A stretch of DNA of 64,000 bases, taken from Promethearchaeota archaeon Loki_b32. Its GTDB lineage: Archaea; Asgardarchaeota; Lokiarchaeia; Sigyniarchaeales; SOKP01. The stretch spans positions 1 to 64,000 of the forward strand of contig NJBH01000001.1 of the NCBI GenBank assembly GCA_005223125.1, given 5' to 3'. Numbering within the stretch: the first letter of the stretch is position 1; every line of letters starts with the position of its first letter. Below are positions 20,904 to 32,131 of this stretch, piece by piece. The notes under the pieces were generated by a model. That model did not search any database, was not told the origin of the DNA, and saw only the letters and a list, made by a program, of their open reading frames with translations. A program made the position numbers and the translations under genes.

Positions 20904-21012
20904 GAAATTAATTTAAATTTGATAAATCCCAATTTTCTTTAAGTTTATCAATTTAACACAATTAATTTTAATAGATAGAATTTTTGAAATTATAATTTAA
21001 GAGATTAAATTC

Positions 21013-23031
21013 ATGAATTTTTTAAGAGCTCGAAAATCCCTTAATATATCTAAAATTATTGAAAAAATAGAAAATAAAATTAGAAAGATTTTACTTTTTA
21101 AATATTATAATAAAAAACGCGAAATTATTAGAAAATCAGGTATTTCTGATGAATTCTTTTGGAGAATGCTTGGCTCCCCGAAGATATCTGATATTCGTAA
21201 TCTTTTCTTTAATAACAATATTTTTGCTTATTCTAACAAAGAAGAGAAAGAAAAAATTATTGAGTGCTTAAAAAATAACTGTTCCAGAGAGATTAATGAT
21301 TATCTTAATTTTGCTGACAAAGTTATCAGAAAGGAATTTGATATTTTTGAAAAAACTCACATATTTGATGAAAAAATTGATTGGCATTATAGCTTTTTCA
21401 ACGGTTTTAGATGGAAATTACAAAAATCAGAGAAGATGGATATACGTCCTAAAGATAAACAAGTTGATGTAAAATATACTTGGGAATTTAATCGACATCA
21501 ATTTCTGATATATTTAGGTTTTACATTTTATTATACAAAAAATGAAAGATATGCCAAAGAGTTTAAAAATGTAATATCAGACTGGATAAAAAGTAATCCT
21601 CCCTTATACGGGATAAACTGGTATTCTGGATTAGAAATATCAATTCGATTGATATCTTGGATTTATGCATTATATTTTTTTGAAGATTCTATAGAAATAA
21701 ATAATGATCAGTTTTTTAAGAAAATATTTGTATCAATGTCTCAACACGCGTTTTATCTAAAATATTTTTATACTCGCTGTTCATTTAACCATACTATTGG
21801 AGATTTATTTGGTGTATACTTATTTTCTAAAATCTTTGACCATATTAATCCCTTCAAAAAATGGGAGAAAATTTTTTATATAAAATTTAAAAGACAAATT
21901 TTTCTACAAACTCGACCTGATGGGACAAATATAGAACGATCTGTTAATTATCATAGATTCGTCTTAGAATTTTTTTCTCTTTTTATGATTTTAAACCCTA
22001 ATAAGTTGAAAGGAGAAGAATTGAAACTGATTGAAAAAATGTACAATTATTTATTATATATAATTAAACCTAATGGTACTTTTCCATTAATTGGTGATTC
22101 TGATAATGGAAAAGTCCTATTACTAACATTTCATAAAAAAGATTCTTTTATTGATCTAATTAATTTAGGTTCCATCTTATTTCAAAGAGGAGATTTAAAG
22201 TTTCACTCAAGTAAATTACTACCTCCCTCAATTTTACTACTAGGCTCTAAAAATTTTGAAATTTATAATAATCTTAAAATTATAAAGCCTAATACAAAAT
22301 TGAAATATTTTAACGATGCAGGATATTTTCTAATAAAAAATAATTGGACTAGTAAAGCAAATTATTTATTTATTGATTTAGGCAGATTTGGAGCACGAAA
22401 TGCAGGACATTCGCACAGCAGCATTACTAACATTATTTATTCTTATAAGGGAAAAAATATAATTACTGATTCAGGTACTTATACTTATAATAAATCATGG
22501 GAAGAAAGGAATTATTTTCGTAGTAGTAAAGCTCATAATGTATTAACTATAAATAATCAAAATCAGGCTATGATTAAATCATGGTTTTCTTGGGAGAACA
22601 AACCAAGAGTTAAAAGTATTATCAATATCCAGAATAATAAAATTGAATTGGGATGTTATCATAATGGTTATAAAGGATTCAGTATTAAAAGGAACATAAT
22701 TACTAATAGAGACTTAAACAATATACTCATTAAAGACACTGTAATACGATCTCAAGAGATTCAAGATGAAGAAATTTTTGATATAAAAATATATTATCAT
22801 TTTAGTAGAGGACTCAACATATCCCTTGAAAATAATATTGTAAATATAGATAATGAGATATTGTTGAAAGTCTCATCTTCATTTGATTTTAATGTTCAAA
22901 TCGATAAATCGCTATATTCACCTAATTATGGAGAAAAATATGAAAACTCCCTCCTTAATATATCTTCAAACCACTCGTTCAAGCAAAATGCAATATTTGA
23001 AATTCTAATAGAAATAAAAAATATTAAATAG
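21013..23031 (+). CDS. Heparinase II/III-like protein (copy 2)
   Basis: Same motifs as 13160..15274 (DVKYTWEFNRHQ, IGDSDNG, FRSSKAHN). Confidence 0.85.
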   Translation: MNFLRARKSLNISKIIEKIENKIRKILLFKYYNKKREIIRKSGISDEFFWRMLGSPKISDIRNLFFNNNIFAYSNKEEKEKIIECLKNNCSREINDYLNFADKVIRKEFDIFEKTHIFDEKIDWHYSFFNGFRWKLQKSEKMDIRPKDKQVDVKYTWEFNRHQFLIYLGFTFYYTKNERYAKEFKNVISDWIKSNPPLYGINWYSGLEISIRLISWIYALYFFEDSIEINNDQFFKKIFVSMSQHAFYLKYFYTRCSFNHTIGDLFGVYLFSKIFDHINPFKKWEKIFYIKFKRQIFLQTRPDGTNIERSVNYHRFVLEFFSLFMILNPNKLKGEELKLIEKMYNYLLYIIKPNGTFPLIGDSDNGKVLLLTFHKKDSFIDLINLGSILFQRGDLKFHSSKLLPPSILLLGSKNFEIYNNLKIIKPNTKLKYFNDAGYFLIKNNWTSKANYLFIDLGRFGARNAGHSHSSITNIIYSYKGKNIITDSGTYTYNKSWEERNYFRSSKAHNVLTINNQNQAMIKSWFSWENKPRVKSIINIQNNKIELGCYHNGYKGFSIKRNIITNRDLNNILIKDTVIRSQEIQDEEIFDIKIYYHFSRGLNISLENNIVNIDNEILLKVSSSFDFNVQIDKSLYSPNYGEKYENSLLNISSNHSFKQNAIFEILIEIKNIK

Positions 23032-23100
23032 AAAAAATAATAATTTCTCGCATCACCTGTGAATTAATTTAAAATATATTAACCTAATCTGATAAAAATT

Positions 23101-25296
23101 ATGAAGAAGTTATTTATTAATAAACAAGGAAAAGTTGTGCTAAAAGAGGTAAGAGAGCCATTAATCGAAACAAAGGGATCTTTAGTAAGAACTAAATTTG
23201 CCTTAATTAGTTCAGGTACAGAATTATCAACGATTAAGGAAATTAGATTTCGAAGTTTATCGCTTATCAAGAAAATTAGAACATCAAAAGATTATCGTAA
23301 GTTGTTATTTTCCGAATTAAAGAACAGAGGTATTAAAGAGGCAATAAAATTTACTAAACTTCTTTTATTCAAGAGGAATGATAAAAAAAATTTTTCCAGT
23401 CCTTCCATAAATTTATTTCCTATAGGCTATAGTTGTTCTGGAATCGTTCAAGAAACAAATATTGACAATTTAAAAGTTAATGATAGAGTAGCATGTGGCG
23501 GTTCAAATCATGCCGAAATAATATATTCTCCAAAAAATCTTACTTGTAAAATTCCAAAAAATGTAAGCTTTGAGGAAGCTGCATTTGCTACATTAGGAGC
23601 AATAGCCCTACATGGAATTCATCGTGCAAACATAAAACTAGGAGAAAATGTAGGCGTAATAGGGACAGGTTTAATAGGATTACTCGTTGTTCAACTAATT
23701 AAGGTAATCGGAGGAAGAGTTTTTGCTTTAGACTTAATTAATAAAAGATTAAATCTTGCTAAAGAATTAGGAGCAGATTTTATATTTAATCCCAAATATT
23801 ACAACTCAGAACGGAAGGTTTCTAAATTTACTGATGGGAAAGGATTGGATTCTATAATTATCTGTGCTACATCAAAATCTCCAAAACTTTTAGAAGATGC
23901 TGTTGATTTGATTCGTGATAAAGGAAATATAATAATGTTAGGAGGATTTCCTATAAATATAAACCGTGCCAAACTATATTACAAAGAGGTAGATTTACTT
24001 ATCTCAAGATCTTATGGTCCAGGACGGTATGATAATTATTATGAGTATGAAGGATATGATTATCCTGAAAAGTATGTACCTTGGACAGAAAAACGAAATA
24101 TGGAATTTGTTTTAAAATTAATTTCAGAAAAGAAATTAAATGTTAAGAGATTAATTACTGACATTATTCCTGTTGAAAAAGCGAATACCGCTTATAATAA
24201 ATTGGAAAAAGACCCAATTAACACTATTGCAATTTTATTAAAATTCTTTAAAGATGATGGTAGTATAAAAATTATTAAAGATCAAATAAAAGAAAAAGAA
24301 ATTTCTAAAAAATTAATTATTGGACTCATTGGATGTGGTTCATTTGCTCAGGGCTCACATTTACCCCACTTATTATCTAACCCAAACTGTAAAATAAAAG
24401 GGATCTCTACCCAGCATAATTCTTCTGCGAATTATTGTAAGGAAAATTATCATCCAGAGTTTGTGACTACTGATTATAAAAAAATTCTTAAAGATCCAGA
24501 AATTGAGACTGTATTTATTTATACTAGACATAATACTCATAAAAAATTTGCAATTAAGGCATTAAAAGCCGGTAAGAATGTATTTGTTGAAAAACCTATG
24601 GGAATTACATATGATCAATGTGTTAATGTTTATAATACTGTTAAAGAAACCAAAAAGTTGTATTCCATAGGATTCAATCGACGATACAGTTCTTTAATAC
24701 AAATATCTAAAGGATTATTAAAGGATAGAACTAATCCAATAATTATAAATTATAGAATTGCTAATAGTTTTATCCCTGGACATCATTGGATTTTTGATCC
24801 GAATGAAGGCGGTGGACCAATAATAGGGGAATTTTGCCATTTTGTTGATTTAGTTTTATATTTAATTAATTCTTCTCCAATTGAATTAATAGCAAAAGGG
24901 GGTTCTCTCAGCCATAAAAATCTAGATGTTTTTGACAGTTGTACAGTTATTATTAAATTCAAAAATGCTTCTCTTGCTAATCTTGTTTACACCGATCTAA
25001 ATGCTCCAGATATGCCAAAAGAGAGAATTGAAATTTTTTCTGGAGAATCATCAATAATAATAGACTCCTTTAAAACAATGCAAATTGGGGGTTTTGATGC
25101 AGGAAATAAATTTTTAAGTGAGCCAGATAAAGGACATGAAAAAGAGATGAAGACAATAGTTAATTCTAATTTAGGATTAGAAAAATTGTTAGTAAATGAA
25201 ACTGATGCTATAAGGGCAATGGATCTATGCTTTAAAACAATCGAATCTATAAAAAAAAATAAGAGTATTAATATCGAAAGCGAATTTTATGAATGA
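23101..25296 (+). CDS. Bi-domain oxidoreductase (Zn-ADH/MDR plus Gfo/Idh/MocA)
   Basis: ISSGTE, GYSCSG, GTGLIG, SRSYGPGRYD; then GCGSFA, VFVEKP, GFNRR, GEFCHFVD. Confidence 0.9.
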   Translation: MKKLFINKQGKVVLKEVREPLIETKGSLVRTKFALISSGTELSTIKEIRFRSLSLIKKIRTSKDYRKLLFSELKNRGIKEAIKFTKLLLFKRNDKKNFSSPSINLFPIGYSCSGIVQETNIDNLKVNDRVACGGSNHAEIIYSPKNLTCKIPKNVSFEEAAFATLGAIALHGIHRANIKLGENVGVIGTGLIGLLVVQLIKVIGGRVFALDLINKRLNLAKELGADFIFNPKYYNSERKVSKFTDGKGLDSIIICATSKSPKLLEDAVDLIRDKGNIIMLGGFPININRAKLYYKEVDLLISRSYGPGRYDNYYEYEGYDYPEKYVPWTEKRNMEFVLKLISEKKLNVKRLITDIIPVEKANTAYNKLEKDPINTIAILLKFFKDDGSIKIIKDQIKEKEISKKLIIGLIGCGSFAQGSHLPHLLSNPNCKIKGISTQHNSSANYCKENYHPEFVTTDYKKILKDPEIETVFIYTRHNTHKKFAIKALKAGKNVFVEKPMGITYDQCVNVYNTVKETKKLYSIGFNRRYSSLIQISKGLLKDRTNPIIINYRIANSFIPGHHWIFDPNEGGGPIIGEFCHFVDLVLYLINSSPIELIAKGGSLSHKNLDVFDSCTVIIKFKNASLANLVYTDLNAPDMPKERIEIFSGESSIIIDSFKTMQIGGFDAGNKFLSEPDKGHEKEMKTIVNSNLGLEKLLVNETDAIRAMDLCFKTIESIKKNKSINIESEFYE

Positions 25297-25325
25297 ATTT
25301 CCAATCAAATTTCAGTTAACGTAAA

Positions 25326-27278
25326 ATGTGTGGAATTGCGGGGATATACGGTCTCGAAGATAAATTACTTTTAAAAAAGATGCTAAAATGCATAAAATAC
25401 AGAGGCCCTGATGATCAAGGATTATATATTGGTGATAATCTATCCATAGGACATGTGAGATTAAGTATTATAGACCTTACAGAAGCTGGACGAAATCCAT
25501 TATTTAACGAAGATGGTTCTATTTTTGTTGCATTTAATGGAGAAATCTATAATTTCCGGGATTTGCGTGATGAGTTAATGAAAATGGGCCATAAATTCCA
25601 ATCAAGAACAGACACAGAAGTTATAGTTCATGCTTATGAAGAATGGGGAATGGATTGTGTTAAAAAATTCAATGGTATGTTTGCCTTTGCTCTGTTTGAT
25701 ATTAACAAAAAAAAATTATATCTATGTAGAGATCAATTCGGAATTAAGCCACTGTTTTATTCCACTCAAGGAGAATTATTCTTTTTTGCTTCAGATATAA
25801 AAGCTCTAATTGAAAGTGGTTATATTAAATCTGAAATAAATAAACTTGGATTATATTATTGTTTATCATTCTTTAGTACTCCTAGCCCTTATACCATATA
25901 TAAAGGAATAAAAAAATTACCTCCAGGTTATTATCTAGAGATAGATTTCAAAAAGAAAATAAAAATAACAAAATATTATGATATAAACGATCTACCAAAT
26001 AATTTTCAATATGATTTTGATCTTATTGTTAAGAAAGGTGAACTTTTATTAAGAGAATCAATAGATAGAATGAGATATTCTGATGTTCCTCAAGGTGTTT
26101 TTTTAAGTGGTGGGATTGATTCAAGTACAATTGTTGCCTTATTGGATGAAATGGAATCTCAACCAATTGAAACATTTTCTATTGGAATAGAGGGTTATGG
26201 TGAACAATATAATGAACTTAAATGGGCACAGATTATTCATGAAGAATTTAATACAAATCATCATGAATATTTTATCAGACCTGATGAATTACCAAATTTA
26301 TTACAAGAATATTTAAATCAACAATATGATTTTATAGCAGATCCTGCAAACATACTCACATATCAACTCTCGAAAGAAGCGATAAGAAATAAAGTTAAAG
26401 TAGTTCATGTAGGGGAAGGAGCTGATGAAATCTATTGTGGATATCAAGTTTATTTTAAAATCTTGAATAGCTTTACTAAGCAATATTTATATTTTAAATT
26501 ACACCATATCCTAAAAAGCGCAATAAATCTCTATTTAAAAAGTGGAATTGATTTATTTAAGAAAATAATAGGAAGGAAATCTAATTATTTGAATTTCATC
26601 TATACAAAAACAGGAACTTTAGAGAGACTAAATGAGGATACTTTAATTCCAGTAAGGGGTATAATGGGATTTTCGGAGGTAGATAAGGAAAATATTCTAA
26701 GACAAGAAGGAATTCCTTCAAAAAATTCAATATATCATATTTATAACATTTTAAAACAATTAAATAGAAATTCTAAAGGATTAAGTGCTAAAGAATCACA
26801 TTTTCAAGATATGCGTTATTTAGAGTTTAAATTAAGACTTCCAGAATTAATTTTAATGAGGGTCGACTTTAATACAATGTTATCCTCAATTGAAGCACGT
26901 GTTCCCTTTTTTGATAAGCACTTATTAGAATTTAATTTATCTTTATGTCCACCAATAAAAATACATTATAATGATAAGATCTCTAAATATATATTAAAGA
27001 AAATTATGAAAGACAAATTACCTAAAGAAACTTTAAATCGTAAAAAAATAGGGTTAACTACTCCAGTATCTTGGAAAAAATCTTTAGATTTTTCTCATCT
27101 AATAGAATCTGAATTCTCGAGAAGTTATCTAAAAAAATACTTTAGAGAAGATTTTTTAGAAAAGATTGTAAAAAATAGAAGTTATAGAATGAATTTCCCT
27201 CAACTTAAAATATGGCAAATCTTAAATTTTTGCTTCCTGTATCGAAAAGTAATTTTAAAAGAAAAAATAATCTTATAG
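25326..27278 (+). CDS. asnB: Asparagine synthase-like glutamine amidotransferase
   Basis: MCGIAG, RGPD, RLSIID, NGEIYN, LSGGIDSS, GEGADE, EARVPF. Confidence 0.9.
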   Translation: MCGIAGIYGLEDKLLLKKMLKCIKYRGPDDQGLYIGDNLSIGHVRLSIIDLTEAGRNPLFNEDGSIFVAFNGEIYNFRDLRDELMKMGHKFQSRTDTEVIVHAYEEWGMDCVKKFNGMFAFALFDINKKKLYLCRDQFGIKPLFYSTQGELFFFASDIKALIESGYIKSEINKLGLYYCLSFFSTPSPYTIYKGIKKLPPGYYLEIDFKKKIKITKYYDINDLPNNFQYDFDLIVKKGELLLRESIDRMRYSDVPQGVFLSGGIDSSTIVALLDEMESQPIETFSIGIEGYGEQYNELKWAQIIHEEFNTNHHEYFIRPDELPNLLQEYLNQQYDFIADPANILTYQLSKEAIRNKVKVVHVGEGADEIYCGYQVYFKILNSFTKQYLYFKLHHILKSAINLYLKSGIDLFKKIIGRKSNYLNFIYTKTGTLERLNEDTLIPVRGIMGFSEVDKENILRQEGIPSKNSIYHIYNILKQLNRNSKGLSAKESHFQDMRYLEFKLRLPELILMRVDFNTMLSSIEARVPFFDKHLLEFNLSLCPPIKIHYNDKISKYILKKIMKDKLPKETLNRKKIGLTTPVSWKKSLDFSHLIESEFSRSYLKKYFREDFLEKIVKNRSYRMNFPQLKIWQILNFCFLYRKVILKEKIIL

Positions 27279-27299
27279 AATAATTAAAATTATAATACA

Positions 27300-28112
27300 T
27301 TGAATAAATCGATGGCTGAAATTAAAGCAATTGACCCTGTAAAAATTAACAACCAGTTTGCTGTTTTTTCAACATATTCAGACGATCCAATATTTAACAA
27401 TGAAATAATTTCAATTGATTCACCAATTTTTTGTGCAGGAAAAATTACTAATTTTGAGCAAAACGTTTATAATTTTAATAAAAATGATTTAGTAGCATAT
27501 ATATCTCTTAAGCAGAATTTAAACATTGAAATATCATCTAACCTGATTTTAAAATTTAATAATAATGGAAATCAGAAATTAATTGCATTCATTCCTTATG
27601 CTTCATTTGCTATGAAAATTCTTAGAGAAATTGATCCAAAAATAGCTCAAAATATTTCAATTATAGGAAAAAACTTTTTCTCTACTCTTTTGGCTAATAT
27701 CATAAGAAGTAGTGGTGCTAATGTAATAAATATCGAGAAAAATAATGATATAAACTATAATGATGAAGATTCAATAGATTCTTTAATAGTGGTCTCAAAT
27801 TTAACTCAAAAAAATAGAAAGCTAATTGAGACTCTAAATATAAAAAAAAAGTATTATCTAAAACAAATATCAATATTCGATAAAGGATTAGATGATCCTA
27901 AATATATTAAGGGTATAAAATATCCATATTCATATGTAAGATGGAAATTTAAAGAAAATCTTAATTTTTTCCTTTATTTAGTTGAAAAGAATGTTGTAAA
28001 TATTGATTTCCTAGAACTTACCTATGTCAAAGCTGAATCTATAGAAGATTTAAAAAATAAAGTTAAAGATGCACAGAAAAATTCTTTAATATTATATGAG
28101 ATCTCCTATTAA
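27300..28112 (+). CDS. Degenerate stand-alone MDR-like protein related to N-half of the bi-domain oxidoreductase
   Basis: DDPKYIKGIKYPYSYVRWKFKENLNFFLYLV resembles YDNYYEYEGYDYPEKYVPWTEKRNMEFVLKLI; GxGxxG lost. Confidence 0.65.
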   Translation: MNKSMAEIKAIDPVKINNQFAVFSTYSDDPIFNNEIISIDSPIFCAGKITNFEQNVYNFNKNDLVAYISLKQNLNIEISSNLILKFNNNGNQKLIAFIPYASFAMKILREIDPKIAQNISIIGKNFFSTLLANIIRSSGANVINIEKNNDINYNDEDSIDSLIVVSNLTQKNRKLIETLNIKKKYYLKQISIFDKGLDDPKYIKGIKYPYSYVRWKFKENLNFFLYLVEKNVVNIDFLELTYVKAESIEDLKNKVKDAQKNSLILYEISY

Positions 28113-28208
28113 CAACTTTTTATTTTGTTCCCTAAAAAATATAAAACTAATATGTTATTTCAAAAACATTCAATTAATTACAATAATTATTAGGAAATAA
28201 GATGTTTA

Positions 28209-29168
28209 ATGAAAAGTAACATTATCGCTGAACCAGAAAGTTGGAAATGTCCTGTTTGTAATAGCACCATATGGAAAAATATATTAAAGAATAAATGGAA
28301 AATTCCAAACTTTAAGCATAAATGGTTAATCGTCTGTTCGAATTGTTTCTGTGGTATTATTTATCCTAAACCACCAGAAGAGGAACTTAAAGATATAAAT
28401 CATAAGTATTGGAATAAATATGAAATAATTTCAAATATACATAAAAAAAAAACAGAAATAAAAAATATTTCCCGAATAAATTACTTAGAGAAATTTATTG
28501 ATTTAAATTCATTAGAAACTATTTTAGACATCGGTGCGGGATATGGAAATTTTATTAACTGTTTAAACAAGAATAAAAGATTAACTAAAAATATTGAATA
28601 TTATGCTATTGAACCTGATTATAATATGGAAAAGGTTTTAAAAAATCTTGGCGTAAAACAAATTTATAAAGATATTATAGAAATAGATATGAATAAACCT
28701 TTTTCATTAATCATATTATCTCATATCCTTGAACATACAAGAAATCCTGTTAAATTTTTAAATAAAATCAAAAAATTAATGGATGGAAAAACTTATTTAT
28801 TTGTTGAAATTCCCAATATAGATGGTTTTTTTGTAGAAGATTTAGGACTTCATACTTATGTTTTTAATGTTAAATGCATTAAAATTCTAATTAAAAAATT
28901 AGAGTTTAAAGTCATAAACTTAACAACCGTCGGTGAAACTTTAGAAAATTTAATAAAAAGTTCTACTAAAAAGTACTTAATTCAAAAATTTAAAAAATTT
29001 TTCTTTAGAATTAATCTAAATTTATATTATAAAATTTTAAAAAAAATCTTCTTTTATTTAAAAAATCTTTCAGAAAATAATGATTTTGACATTCTTAAGA
29101 TGTCTTTAGATCAGTATGGAAAAAGTCGAAGATTTATACGCATTCTTTTAAAGAAAGATTTTACTTAA
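28209..29168 (+). CDS. Class I SAM methyltransferase with N-terminal Zn site
   Basis: CPVC..CSNC, LDIGAGYG, SHILEH, EIPN. Confidence 0.85.
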   Translation: MKSNIIAEPESWKCPVCNSTIWKNILKNKWKIPNFKHKWLIVCSNCFCGIIYPKPPEEELKDINHKYWNKYEIISNIHKKKTEIKNISRINYLEKFIDLNSLETILDIGAGYGNFINCLNKNKRLTKNIEYYAIEPDYNMEKVLKNLGVKQIYKDIIEIDMNKPFSLIILSHILEHTRNPVKFLNKIKKLMDGKTYLFVEIPNIDGFFVEDLGLHTYVFNVKCIKILIKKLEFKVINLTTVGETLENLIKSSTKKYLIQKFKKFFFRINLNLYYKILKKIFFYLKNLSENNDFDILKMSLDQYGKSRRFIRILLKKDFT

Positions 29169-30798
29169 CGACTTTCTTGATAAAAGATAAGGTTTTAATA
29201 ATTATTCTATTTGAAAATTTATTCTTATTTAATACTAATTGGAAATATTCAATTTCATTCTTTTTAAAGAACCTACCCAAATAAGTAAAAACTAAATATA
29301 AAATGATAAATGTAAGTATTGTGAAAATAGGAATAGAATTAAAAAAAGAAAGATTAAGAAGATTTAGAAAATACATACTTAAATCTTCAAAAAATAAAGA
29401 ATTCAAAAAAATTGATATTATAAGAGCAATAAAAAAAGAAAAATATTAAAAAATCAATTTTTTCAAATCAATTTCTATTACTAAAAGCTTATATGATAAA
29501 ATAAAATAGATAATAAAAATTAAAATATTACTAAAAATCAATGCAAAGAATGACCCAATAATTCCAAAGAAAATTAAAAACAAAAAAAATAAACTTGCAT
29601 ATATACCTGCCATGATTAAACGGATTATAGCGATATAGAATTGTTTATTTTTTGCTAACACTAAAGCATCAGCAGGCGTTTGAATTACATTAAAAATAAC
29701 TGATATCAACATTAATTTAAGGAAGATTGAAAAATTCCCATAATCAGAACCATAGACAAAAAGTAAGAAAAAATCACTCAGGTAAAAAAAGATCCCAACC
29801 ATTATTGATAAAAAGAATAATTTTAATTTTATCACCAGATTGTAAATTTTTTTAATTTTTTCCGATTGATTCGATACATTTAAAGTAGTAAAGGATCTAA
29901 TTAATGGCGTACTAAGAGAGGAATATAGAGATGTTAAATTTTTTGAATAACTTTGTGATATATTATAACCAGTAACATTTTCTATGGGAGAAAAAAGTCC
30001 TATTCCTTGTATTTGTATCTGATCCCATAATCCATATACCAAATAACCAAAACTAATCGGAAAACCGTATTTCGAGGTCATCTTAAATATTTCTTTTAAG
30101 GGAATTTTTTTGTCGAATCCCTCTTCCTTTGTCAATTTTCTCACTATATTAAAAATACATATTAAACAAACCAAAAATTGTATAATTTCATTAATCACAT
30201 AAATAAATGCAATATATTCAATCTTTACAGTAATTAATTCACTGAACATTAGAAAAAGAAGGGAAATTTTAAAAAAGGAAGAAAATAAAAAAATTAAGAA
30301 AATTGGCTTGAACCTATTAAAACCTCTAAGAATTGAATAAAAAATAGTATTAAATCCTGAAAAAATAATTAATGGAGATAAAATAAATATTAATGTGGAA
30401 TTTGTCCAAATTTTTTCAATGATAATGAAAAACAAAAATAAAAAACAAAAATAAAAAAATAACAAAAAAAGAAATTTCAAAATTATGACACTTTTTATAA
30501 ATGATCTTAATTTTTTATTTTCTTCTAATGAAATAAATCGTGGTACATAATAAATTATTGAATATTCTAAGGCAGGAGGAAAATAATTTGTTATAACCGC
30601 AACCAAAGTTATAAATGACATAGATAATATTAAAACACCCCAAGATTCAATTGTTATTAATCTAGCTATTAAAAAGGGGATAATTATTTGAAAAAATATA
30701 CCTGAAAAATTATGAAGGAATGAATAAATTGAATTTTTGAACAAATTTTTATATTCATTATTATTTTCAGTCTTTTTACTACTATCTAATTGTTTCAT
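29161..30798 (-). pseudogene. MOP/Wzx-type flippase interrupted by one in-frame TAA at 29446-29448
   Basis: ORFs 29446..30798 and 29161..29406 share a frame: KKLIF*YFSFFIALIISIFLNSLFF. Confidence 0.75.
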
Positions 30799-30952
30799 TA
30801 TTTTCTATAATTTAAATCACAGATCTTTCATTAAATTTTGTGTTCTGCAAGATATTTATCAAATTACGCCCTATGAAACCCACGGTGCCTATTAAAACTA
30901 CTCTTTTTCAAGTAAATTCCATAACTATATCTCCTTTATTAAAATTAAAGAT

Positions 30953-32050
30953 TTAGAGATTTAATTTCTCTTTTAGCACTTTTACAATTCTTTTTGAAGC
31001 CCGACCATCCCAATATTCAATATTTTTACCATTCTTGTATTTACTGGTAAAAATTTCTTCTATATGTCTTTTGGCTTTATCAATATCACGTCCGATTATT
31101 GTGTTAGTACCTTCTTCTACAGTCACAGGCCTTTCAGTTCCCATTCTAGCTGTTAGAACTGGAATTTTCAAATACGAAGCTTCTTCTTGAATCCCTCCCG
31201 AATCGGTAAGAATTAATTTTGAGTTCGTCATTAAGTTCAGAAATTCTAAATAACCAATTGGGTGAGATAAAACAATATTTAAATCTTTAATATTTTTTTC
31301 AAGATCGAATTTTTCGAGATTTTTTTTAGTGCGGGGATGTATAGGGAAAAAAACCTTGATTTTTTCTTGTAAAAAATTAAGTATATTCAACATTTTTTCC
31401 AAGTTCTCTTTAGTATCGACGTTAGAAGGGCGGTGCAAAGTAATTAATGCATAATCGTTCTTTTTCAAATTATACTTATCGAGCAAATTCAATTCTTTTG
31501 CTTTTTCGAGATTCATAATCAAAACATCAATCATAATATTTCCTACAAAAAAGATCTTATCTGAGCTAATACCCTCTCTTTTTAAATTAATCACTGCACT
31601 TTTCTCGGTAGTAAATAAGAAATCTGAAATTTGATCAGTTAGCAACCTGTTAATTTCTTCGGGCATCTCCATATTGAAGCTTCTTAATCCTGCTTCAATA
31701 TGAGCTACTTTAATATGTAGTTTTTTTGCTACTAAAGCGCATGCCAATGTAGAGTTAACGTCTCCAACAACAACTACTAATGATACTTTTTCTCTTACCA
31801 ATACTTTTTCAAATTCAATCAATATTTTGGCGGTTTGTACAGCGTGAGATGCAGAACCTATATTAAGATGAATATCTGGTTCGGGGATTCCAAGATCGTC
31901 AAAAAATACTTTTGACATATTATAATCGTAATGCTGACCAGTATGAATTAGTTTAAATTTAATTTTTTCTTTCTTGAATTCTTTAATCAAAGGAGCAATT
32001 TTCATAAAATTAGGTCTTGCTCCAACCACCAGATAAATTAGTTTCGGCAT
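30953..32050 (-). CDS. wecB: UDP-N-acetylglucosamine 2-epimerase (non-hydrolysing; WecB/WbpI-like)
   Basis: GARPNFMK, HTGQHYD, GDVNST, HIEAGLRS, PEEINR, TDSGGIQEE. Confidence 0.95.
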   Translation of the reverse strand: MPKLIYLVVGARPNFMKIAPLIKEFKKEKIKFKLIHTGQHYDYNMSKVFFDDLGIPEPDIHLNIGSASHAVQTAKILIEFEKVLVREKVSLVVVVGDVNSTLACALVAKKLHIKVAHIEAGLRSFNMEMPEEINRLLTDQISDFLFTTEKSAVINLKREGISSDKIFFVGNIMIDVLIMNLEKAKELNLLDKYNLKKNDYALITLHRPSNVDTKENLEKMLNILNFLQEKIKVFFPIHPRTKKNLEKFDLEKNIKDLNIVLSHPIGYLEFLNLMTNSKLILTDSGGIQEEASYLKIPVLTARMGTERPVTVEEGTNTIIGRDIDKAKRHIEEIFTSKYKNGKNIEYWDGRASKRIVKVLKEKLNL

Positions 32051-32131
32051 AATTACTATAAATTAATATTAAATATATTTATTTTATCTTTTGAAAAACA
32101 GTAATAACTGTAAATATGTGTTAGATAAATC

